Shown one piece after another: positions 8,801 to 13,905 of a DNA stretch of 64,000 nucleotides. Below the pieces are notes generated by a model. The model ran no database searches and was not told the DNA's origin. It saw only the letters and a list, made by a program, of their open reading frames with translations. Source of the stretch: Anaerolineales bacterium (GTDB taxonomy: Bacteria > Chloroflexota > Anaerolineae > Anaerolineales > E44-bin32); contig JAFGNH010000170.1 in the NCBI GenBank assembly GCA_016927115.1, positions 7,541-71,540 on the forward strand. The letters are read 5' to 3'. Each line of letters opens with the position of its first letter. Positions within the stretch are counted from its first letter, which is position 1. The translations under genes were made by a program, and so were the position numbers.

Positions 8801-9410
8801 AACATTCCTCAGCCTTGTCCAGGAGTATGTGAATACAGCTGAAAAACAGGGTCATTTCGAAGTAGCCGCAGCCATGACAAACCTTATGGTTTATGTTGAG
8901 CAAGTATTGGCTTCCAGCTCTTCCGGTCTGGAAAAACTCAATCCGGATCAGATTCTCAATTATCTGCTCGATGCAGCAGACCCGGTGCAGGCACTCGTTG
9001 ATACAGAGCCATTCTTTACCGATGCTCTCCTCGACCATATCGAAGAGCAGGCTTTCCACTCCGCAACAAGCGGGAACAAGGGGATGTCTGCCGGCTACCA
9101 TGAACTCGCTGATTATGTCCGTGATGTCCTGCAGAAAACGAACGGAAGGGGAAGCCTCCCCGATGCAGAAATCTTGCTGCAGGAAATCCTTGCCGCTGAG
9201 GACATCCTTACTGTTCTGCAGAAGAATGAACACAGGTTGACACCCGCACTTCTGCACCTTGTTCAGGACAACATCCATGAGGCAGAAGCCCATGGCATGG
9301 AGGAAGTTGCCCGGGCACTCGAACATCTCGAAACATACCTGCAGCATCTTCTCGTTCCAGCCGCGCTGTCGGCTGCAGATAATGCCGAAATGACAAAAGA
9401 AGAAGACTGA
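2829..9410 (+). CDS. giant multi-domain glycosyltransferase (2 Maf/DUF115-like + 3 GT2 + 1 GT4 + TPR + C-terminal repeats), 2193 aa
   Basis: A single uninterrupted ORF. Two GNGPSL...GGTV/GYTV..QLAY.MGF..YLIG.DHS modules each carry DPNHF..YFGKG.RWHLP. Three GT2 signatures are present (VIVCTYNN..DDDAE; LVSTYND..NTDD; VIPVYG..LVDDCSPD..NSDTE). One GT4 EX7E motif is present (EGLGLGPME..GKPVIAT). See the domain sub-features. Confidence 0.85.
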   Translation: MQIKPFPKKLSNLKDRFRGRRAFILGNGPSLTDLDLSHLENEYTFGVNSIFYLFEEIGFKPSFYVVEDTLVAEDRAAEINELDGMVKIFGTYLNYCINDSKNTLWANVLFNYENYSGFPHFSRDASQCLWVGGTVSYVCMQLAYMMGFDPVYLIGFDHSYNIPDDADIEGTIITSTSQDPNHFHPEYFGKGKRWHLPRVDRMQLSYLKAKKVFEQDGRQIVNATAGGMLEVFPRIAYAAIFKDDETRSGKDQKTAGKPSKKAAETPPPDLSVIVCTYNNHVSLVNTLESLYQQSLSPDRYEVLVVDNNSDDQTKAISTSFPRCKYVFEEKQGLAQARNTGIAEATGRIIAFIDDDAEADFEWLSRILAAFEKNENIWAAGGKALPIWDAEKPAWLTETYYRSLSLLDWGENIRPLAWPERIIGTNCAFRKAVFEEIGRFQTDLGRVGSVLLGNEDTEIQERIHETGHQVLYVPDAIVHHHVPADRMTEAYLQKRDEGHRISQQILQLRTEGKEAEAKKMAENYILQQQLKEHEATINRTLPQSNLRLATYKDIHRGQRCVIIGNGPSLNDMDLSFLKNEITFGTNRIYLGFERFGFTPDYYLSINPLVIEQSTEEILAVPAPKFLSLHGIKHIPEDREDVMYLQSVDSPIFSRDPRSGIWEGYTVTYAALQLAYYMGFSEIYLIGCDHSFATTGPANAEITSQGKDPNHFDSSYFGKGTRWHLPDLVNSEMAYGLARMVYEAEGRHVYDATLNGKLKVFPKVDYREFFLDSPPDKEIPAKLQTGETIQGSPILVSALVSTYNDEKLLRACLDDLENQTIADRMEIIVIDSGSEQNEAAIVADFQERYANILYIRTERESLYQAWNRGILKARGRYITNANTDDSHHPEALEKLVAALETHPEADLAYADCQWSARPNDSFNSADTLRDIHYPAFHPALNMLYCPLGPHPVWRRKTFEKIGLFDARFKAAGDYEFLLRFTAAGLNAVHVPELLSVFYQNTSGLTLGANVSEEENMRILNRYRSSTPIQSICRVTPGDKTSEALAWTALGNQAIRYQVPWLDEPVSDPNYAAYCYLKAIETEPIIPALNNLIAVLGAMGNWDQCEALLAQLPPGEMPEMRRTVTQREVLQLLPVDIEPAVQPLSCQVEQPEPAVRPHSSPSSSSAPEGFNVISYASGNLGIGVTARNVIQLLLDHGYPVSILDIDPGFGRGGKDLRFQMHTVPNPEDLPHSINLFILPPGDLSAVLQQAGSRFSMQQRLNAAFSMWELPRLPRDWIPTLEAMDVLIAESAFIEHAFSFNLSGVHTIAADHPLYLPDRIQPNRARFGLPEDGCLFITSFEPFSDPQRKNPMAVVQAFEMAFKQENNTHLILKLNNAQHEGSFHPLVEALQKRCLANPDIHILSETLTYREVLELYASCDSFVSLHRAEGLGLGPMEAMALGKPVIATGWSGNLSYMNHTNACLVGYRLIPVDGTIPAYNRERLGSGAVWADPDPAEAAAWMRRLAENPELRSTIGGKAQQAIRNHHKKAEQALFIEELHAIWRQKQLFTNFQPVSSFHTESSVQKAADLKDASVDIVIPVYGQADLLKRCVNSVLETTEKAHLILVDDCSPDSEIQEVFSTWENNPRVTLARTLQNSGFIGSTRLGAGIGNAPFILFLNSDTEAPEAGWLEALIPEEPDIAVTGAKLLYPPDAPEPFAGTIQHAGVARNNLGVPYHPFIGQPGTIPEASLAKDINAITGACFLVRREVWERLGGWNPAFGRGVYEDVDFCWRARSQGFRVRYKPGAVLYHHESASRSENGRHSLNEHMSANLSTLLESWPGITSDEALFYAPEVISGWRQAEQLLQRAQRELSEGKFQAAVQTMQLAVKAAPNQPEVLIGYAQLLLQQNKHKPALESLYAAVANAPTHWSARFLLMDTLINTHNAAEAWQQSQILLHYFPENEEIKQRRRQILSMDPTLVSPSSTSRAEQLLEKLLQSEDMVALLEEHREELDGTFLSLVQEYVNTAEKQGHFEVAAAMTNLMVYVEQVLASSSSGLEKLNPDQILNYLLDAADPVQALVDTEPFFTDALLDHIEEQAFHSATSGNKGMSAGYHELADYVRDVLQKTNGRGSLPDAEILLQEILAAEDILTVLQKNEHRLTPALLHLVQDNIHEAEAHGMEEVARALEHLETYLQHLLVPAALSAADNAEMTKEED
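2880..3550 (+). other. domain: Maf/DUF115 (MptE-like) or GT42-like nonulosonic-acid-transferase-type module, copy 1
   Basis: RAFILGNGPSLTDLDLSHL..FGVN...GGTVSYVCMQLAYMMGFDPVYLIGFDHSY...QDPNHFHPEYFGKGKRWHLP. Confidence 0.55.
3636..4300 (+). other. domain: GT2 (GT-A fold) glycosyltransferase, copy 1
   Basis: LSVIVCTYNNHVSLVNTLESLYQQS..VLVVDNNSDDQT..GLAQARNTGIAEATGRIIAFIDDDAEAD. Confidence 0.7.
4465..5132 (+). other. domain: Maf/DUF115-like module, copy 2
   Basis: RCVIIGNGPSLNDMDLSFL..FGTN...GYTVTYAALQLAYYMGFSEIYLIGCDHSF...KDPNHFDSSYFGKGTRWHLP. It is colinear with copy 1. Confidence 0.55.
5199..5830 (+). other. domain: GT2 glycosyltransferase, copy 2
   Basis: ILVSALVSTYNDEKLLRACLDDLENQT..IIVIDSGSEQNE..LYQAWNRGILKARGRYITNANTDD. 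Confidence 0.65.
6325..7445 (+). other. domain: GT4/GT1-type (GT-B fold) glycosyltransferase
   Basis: FNVISYASGNLGIGVTARN... then SLHRAEGLGLGPMEAMALGKPVIATGWSGNLSYM (EX7E motif). Confidence 0.65.
7539..8210 (+). other. domain: GT2 glycosyltransferase, copy 3
   Basis: VDIVIPVYGQADLLKRCVNSVLETT..LILVDDCSPD..NSGFIGSTRLG..FLNSDTEA..ITGACFLVRREVWERLGGW..YEDVDFCWRARSQGF. Confidence 0.7.
8381..8650 (+). other. domain: TPR-like repeats
   Basis: GKFQAAVQTMQLAVKAAPNQPEVLIGYAQLLLQQNKHKPALESLYAAVANAPTHWSARFLLMDTLI.. Confidence 0.5.
8721..9407 (+). repeat. three tandem ~73-aa helical repeats at the C-terminus of the giant protein (starts near 8721, 8943, 9162)
   Basis: AEQLLEKLLQSEDMVALLEEH..FLSLVQEYV..; PDQILNYLLDAADPVQALVDT..LLDHIEEQA..; AEILLQEILAAEDILTVLQKN..LLHLVQDNI... 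They share the pattern x-[ED]-x-[IL]L-x2-[IL]L-x2-[ED]D/P-x3-[AV]L. Confidence 0.5.
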
Positions 9411-9778
9411 GAAATCCGTGCAAAATAAAAAGCGAGTGGCAGGAATGCCTGTTGACACAAACGGGCCTTGAAAATAATCCCGTCTGGATCCTCTCGCATG
9501 CCTGAAAGAGCAGCAGCAGGTGCCCGGATTTTCGACCAATTCGGAGATGGAAAATGTGCCTCAACCTGACGATAAATCACCCTGATTCAACTGACTGAGA
9601 ACACGCTTGATAAAAGCAGCACTGGAGTATCTGACACGGGCCAGGAAAACTGACCCGGCAAACCTGGAAACCTTTCAAGTATCCGAATGGTTTCTGCACA
9701 GTTGCACAGGTTTCTACGGGGCAGGCTGACTGACACGATAAACATCAATTTTTATCATGTTTCACCTATCCTTTAGGG

Positions 9779-9838
9779 TGCGTTTACGTTTCTTTCAGCA
9801 CCCCTTTACAGACCGTTCAGCAATTGGCTGTTAGTCTT
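9779..9838 (+). promoter_or_regulatory. conserved upstream element, copy 2, 74 nt before the 9913 start codon
   Basis: See 839..898. The architecture is identical: a 32-nt block, N20, then TTAGTCTT. Confidence 0.4.
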
Positions 9839-9912
9839 AGGAATGATGTAGTAGCTTCGATTCTCCATATCTAATCATATACAGTGGGATCCGATGGGCT
9901 GGTTAATTTTAC

Positions 9913-11589
9913 ATGTCTGATCTTGAATTTCGCAAACAACTTGGGCGATCACATCTTAATGCAAACAAACTGGGGCTCGCCCTGAGTATTTTTGCAGAGC
10001 TGGTTGAGGAATACCCGGATGATGTTGAAAGCCACATCATCCTGGGTGACTGCTATCTGGCTGGTGCAGATTATCAGTCCGCACAGCAGTTATATCAGCA
10101 AGCCCTGCAGATAGATCCCGACTCTGCTGATATTATTCGACGGCTGCAATTGACCCAGGCAGAATTGCTTAAGCAGGAACATTTGCCTGAATCATTCAGG
10201 CTTCCGACCAGCAAAGACAGCCTGTCGATGCTCCTGCAGGAACTTACCGGGAGAACCGGTCCGGTTGCAGACAACGAAATCCGCAGTGCAGCAGATCTGC
10301 TGCAGGAGATGGTCAACAGCAGCCAACCCGCAGAAGTTGTTGCCAGGCATCTCGACCAGATCGATGTCCTCCTGCCCGCTCTTCTGGAATTGAACATCAA
10401 ACAGGCCGAAGCAGATGGGAAACCCGACCTCGCTGCCGCACTGCAAATTCTTCAGGAGAATATCCAGCTCCAGAAAAAGAGTTTCCCGACCTACCCCCAG
10501 GCTCCCATGATTGAGAACCTTTCGGAGCCAGACAGAAACATTCGTTTGCTGATCATCCACCCTGCCGGATATCCATCCGCGCGACAGTTACAGATCCGGC
10601 AATCTCTCCAGCATATTAAAACTCTGGAACTGGTTGACATGGATCAGGATGTGGATTCGGCACTACCTGAAGAAATTGATCTTGTGCTGGCGTTCAACCC
10701 ACACACTGATGCAGGAATCATCAAAAAACTGGCGGACCTGGCATCAGGAAATATCCCGGTCGTTCTGGATCTGGAAACCGATTTCGAAAATCTCCCGATC
10801 CACCACCCACAGTACCCTCTGCTGGGATTGGGAACAGCAGCCCGTGCCAAAACGTACTCCGCCTGCCTATCTCTGGCTGACGTTATAACAACACCCTCCT
10901 ACATCCTGGGAGCCCAGCTGAAAACAATGGGGCATGAAACCGTTTTCCTCCCCGATGGATGGGATCCAGAGAATCCACTATGGCAAAAGGAATCTCCCCA
11001 GCGACAGACCATCAACATTGGCTGGATAGGTTCTCCGGGTTATCTTGAAGATATTGCTTCGGTCCGGCGATCCATTGTCCGCATACTCAGGGAATTTCCC
11101 CAGACGCAGCTTGTCATCAGCGGCGATCCACAGGTTTATCAGCTTTTCGATAATCTGCCAGAATACCGGCGGGTATTCCTTCCTCAGGTAGACCAAGAGG
11201 ATTTTCCATCTCTCCTTGCCCAACTGGATATCCGTCTTGTTCCGATGCGCAACACCGTATATAACCGATCTTCATCTGATCGCCCTCTCCTTGAAGCAGG
11301 TATACGTAAGACTCCCTGGATTGCATCCCCTATCCCTGCTTTTAAGAACTGGGCGGCTGGAGGACGGATCTTACACAATCGGGAGGATTGGTACACCTGT
11401 CTGAAAACACTCATTCAGGATCCCAATTTAATCCGGATGCTCGGTTATGAAGGATTCCAGACAGCACAGGAACGGTCTGTTATTGAACTCAGTAAACAGT
11501 GGCAAAAGCTGCTTGTCAGCCTGATGTCACGATCGACACAGCTTGTCCGGGAAAGCGGCCAAACAACTGTATCAGAAAGGGCTTCATGA
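9913..11589 (+). CDS. TPR-repeat protein with C-terminal GT-B-like domain, paralog 2
   Basis: 558-aa ORF with N-terminal TPRs (ALSIFAELVEEYPDDVESHIILGDCYLAGADYQSAQQLYQQALQIDPD). The C-terminus SDRPLLEAGIRKTPWIASPIPAFKNW is near-identical in pattern to the 947 protein. Confidence 0.6.
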   Translation: MSDLEFRKQLGRSHLNANKLGLALSIFAELVEEYPDDVESHIILGDCYLAGADYQSAQQLYQQALQIDPDSADIIRRLQLTQAELLKQEHLPESFRLPTSKDSLSMLLQELTGRTGPVADNEIRSAADLLQEMVNSSQPAEVVARHLDQIDVLLPALLELNIKQAEADGKPDLAAALQILQENIQLQKKSFPTYPQAPMIENLSEPDRNIRLLIIHPAGYPSARQLQIRQSLQHIKTLELVDMDQDVDSALPEEIDLVLAFNPHTDAGIIKKLADLASGNIPVVLDLETDFENLPIHHPQYPLLGLGTAARAKTYSACLSLADVITTPSYILGAQLKTMGHETVFLPDGWDPENPLWQKESPQRQTINIGWIGSPGYLEDIASVRRSIVRILREFPQTQLVISGDPQVYQLFDNLPEYRRVFLPQVDQEDFPSLLAQLDIRLVPMRNTVYNRSSSDRPLLEAGIRKTPWIASPIPAFKNWAAGGRILHNREDWYTCLKTLIQDPNLIRMLGYEGFQTAQERSVIELSKQWQKLLVSLMSRSTQLVRESGQTTVSERAS

Positions 11590-12722
11590 AAATCGTTTAT
11601 GTCTATGCAGACAATCAGCGTGAGTGGAATTGCAGCGAATGGCGCTGTGCCGTCCCTGCTCGTGCAATCAATCGCACAAAAGGGCACCAGGCTGTTTTAC
11701 TCTGGATAGAAGATTTTATGAGGACATCGCCAGCGGCAGTGGATACCTGTCAAGATGCAGACCTGATTGTAGTTCAGCGCAACCTCTTTGGTCCAACACT
11801 GGCAGCTATACAGCACTGGAAAGCGCGCGACCGGGTGGTTATTGCGGATTTTGATGATGCCTATGATCTGATGCCCCCCAGTGTAGGCAGCTACGATTTC
11901 TGGAGGCACGGGATCGCCAGTGAAAATGGTACTCCTCTCGAGAATGTCCAGCGTGTCGATCCACCACCTATTACTCAGTTCCGCTGGGGTCTTCGTCTGG
12001 TGCATGCAGCAACTGTGCCTTCCAAACGGCTTGCAGACGACTGGTCAACATACACTTCAATAAACTACGTTCCAAACTACATTGATCTTGAAAAATACAC
12101 ATCCGCTGCGCCTGTTCCACACGAAGGAATACATATAGGCTGGGGAGGAAGTCTCTCTCATTTCGACAGCTTTAATCATCAAGGTGTGTTGACAGCATTG
12201 AAAAGGATTTGTCAGAGCAGACCGCAGGTGAAAATTCTGATTAATGGGTCCAACAGGGAAATCTTTGATCTGCTGCCCGTTCCTCAGAACCAGAAAATCC
12301 TTCGACCCTGGGTCCCCTATGATCAATGGGCACGCGAACTGGCTACCTATGACATTGGACTTGCGCCCTTGAATGGCCCATATGATGACCGTCGCAGCTG
12401 GATAAAGGTGCTGGAATACCTTGTTTTGAAAATCCCCTGGGTCGCATCTGAAGGTCCGGCTTATCATGAACTGCGACCGTACGGCTGGCTGGTGCAAAAC
12501 AGTGCCCAGTCATGGGAAAGAGTTCTGTTGGATATGATTGATCATATCGATGACTATCGTGCAGAGGCAAGCAGGGAAGCATATCTATATGGAATCAGTC
12601 AGAGCATAGATGGCAATATTGATAAGTCACTCTCAATTTATGCAGAAATTATCGAAAAAGCCAGAGGGGTCAGAGTCAATCCATCCATTAAGGTAGAAGC
12701 TGAAACAAAGCGTGGGAGCTAA
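11586..12722 (+). CDS. GT-B-like glycosyltransferase-like protein, paralog 3 (no TPR region)
   Basis: The ATG at 11586 overlaps the upstream stop (ATGA), so I prefer it over the ORF-track start at 11499. The sequence MKIVYVYADN... then IGWGGSL..WIKVLEYLVLKIPWVASEGPAY aligns with the C-terminal halves of the 947 and 9913 proteins. Confidence 0.6.
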   Translation: MKIVYVYADNQREWNCSEWRCAVPARAINRTKGHQAVLLWIEDFMRTSPAAVDTCQDADLIVVQRNLFGPTLAAIQHWKARDRVVIADFDDAYDLMPPSVGSYDFWRHGIASENGTPLENVQRVDPPPITQFRWGLRLVHAATVPSKRLADDWSTYTSINYVPNYIDLEKYTSAAPVPHEGIHIGWGGSLSHFDSFNHQGVLTALKRICQSRPQVKILINGSNREIFDLLPVPQNQKILRPWVPYDQWARELATYDIGLAPLNGPYDDRRSWIKVLEYLVLKIPWVASEGPAYHELRPYGWLVQNSAQSWERVLLDMIDHIDDYRAEASREAYLYGISQSIDGNIDKSLSIYAEIIEKARGVRVNPSIKVEAETKRGS

Positions 12723-12726
12723 GAAA

Positions 12727-13521
12727 ATGTTAGGTTCAAAAAAAGCAGCAATCGATTTTGATGAGCAGCCTTTACCTTCCGCAACACTTCAGATTCGAAT
12801 CCCGGCAGGCGAATTCATCATGGGAACCAGCAACCAGCAGATCCAGAGTCTGTTGAGGACTGAAGAATGGGCAAACGAATGGATAGAGAAGGATCTGTTC
12901 AAGATTGAACAACCACAGCACATAATCGCTCTTCCGGCCTACTCAATCGCTCGTACTCCGGTCATCAATCATGAATATCAGGAATTTATCCTTGACACGA
13001 ACCATCGCGTACCTCGCCATTGGATGGGTTTTTCCTTTCCTGAAGAAACTGAAAACCACCCGGTAACGGAAGTATCTCTCGCCGACGCACTCGCCTTCTG
13101 CAGCTGGCTCTCCAAAAAGACAGGTTCTACCTTCCGCCTCCCCACTGAAGCCGAATGGGAACGAGCGGCACGGGGCGATGACGGGCGTATGTATCCCTGG
13201 GGAAATGAATTCGATCCCTGGCGCTGCAACACGAAGGAGCGCGGTAAATCCGGTGCCACACCGATTTTGAGCTACTCACCGGGTGGAGACAGCCCCTGGG
13301 GTGCGGCCGATATGTCCGGGAATGTGATGGAATGGACACACAGCACTATGCAGCCATATCCATTCAAACAAATACCGCCTCAATCCGGCAAGGAGGAATG
13401 TGTGGTAAGAGGAGGATCATGGTATTACAGCCGACGTCTGGCACGATGCTCTTCACGTGAAACAGTTCTATCCACACTCACCTCCCCGGCTCTTGGCTTC
13501 CGGGTTGTTCAGACAGACTGA
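12727..13521 (+). CDS. formylglycine-generating-enzyme (FGE/SUMF1, DUF323) domain protein
   Basis: HPVTEVSLADALAFCSWLSKKTGSTFRLPTEAEWERAARG..YPWGNEF...GNVMEWT...VRGGSWYYSRRLARCSSR is the characteristic FGE-sulfatase fold signature. I prefer the ATG at 12727 over the GTG at 12712. Confidence 0.7.
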   Translation: MLGSKKAAIDFDEQPLPSATLQIRIPAGEFIMGTSNQQIQSLLRTEEWANEWIEKDLFKIEQPQHIIALPAYSIARTPVINHEYQEFILDTNHRVPRHWMGFSFPEETENHPVTEVSLADALAFCSWLSKKTGSTFRLPTEAEWERAARGDDGRMYPWGNEFDPWRCNTKERGKSGATPILSYSPGGDSPWGAADMSGNVMEWTHSTMQPYPFKQIPPQSGKEECVVRGGSWYYSRRLARCSSRETVLSTLTSPALGFRVVQTD

Positions 13522-13586
13522 CATAGTACACTCCCCACCTGTACCTGATCCGTAACAGCAGGACCGTAAATTACACCTGACTCCCG

Positions 13587-13618
13587 ACCGGTGCGTTGCA
13601 CCGGTTATTTCTATCGTT
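13587..13618 (+). terminator. intrinsic terminator after the glycosylation operon
   Basis: Perfect 8-bp stem ACCGGTGC-gtt-GCACCGGT (13587..13605) followed by the T-rich run TATTTCTATCGTT. Confidence 0.55.
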
Positions 13619-13698
13619 GTAAGATAAACCCTTCACGCGATTCTCCAGCCGGATCCCCCCTGCCAAAAAGATATTTACGGTTCTTTTACGCTCGAGTC

Positions 13699-13725
13699 TA
13701 AAGTCTTTCCAGCCCCAACCGATAA
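13699..13725 (+). promoter_or_regulatory. sigma-28 (FliA/SigD) promoter of the flagellin gene
   Basis: cTAAAg-N15-aCCGATAA compared with the consensus TAAA-N15-GCCGATAA. It lies about 180 nt upstream of the flagellin ATG. Confidence 0.7.
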
Positions 13726-13865
13726 CAGAGCATAACAGAAACAAATGAAGGTAATTCTTATTCGGAGGTGTCCATCGAATAATTACTTCAGCAAGACCAA
13801 CCTTGACGCTGAACTTGGGGCTCCAGTCAGTGTCGCCTCTCTCGAATTGGAGCCAAACCAAATCT

Positions 13866-13900
13866 TAGGGAAGGATCCCTATTTTTCGATAACAAGGAGG
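13866..13900 (+). promoter_or_regulatory. putative CsrA binding sites in the flagellin 5' leader (GGA hairpin plus GGA in the Shine-Dalgarno)
   Basis: UAGGGA-AGGA-UCCCUA is a perfect 6-bp stem presenting AGGA in its loop (13866..13881). The SD AAGGAGG at 13894..13900 contains a second GGA. csrA and fliW are both in this window. Confidence 0.5.
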
Positions 13901-13905
13901 TTATC

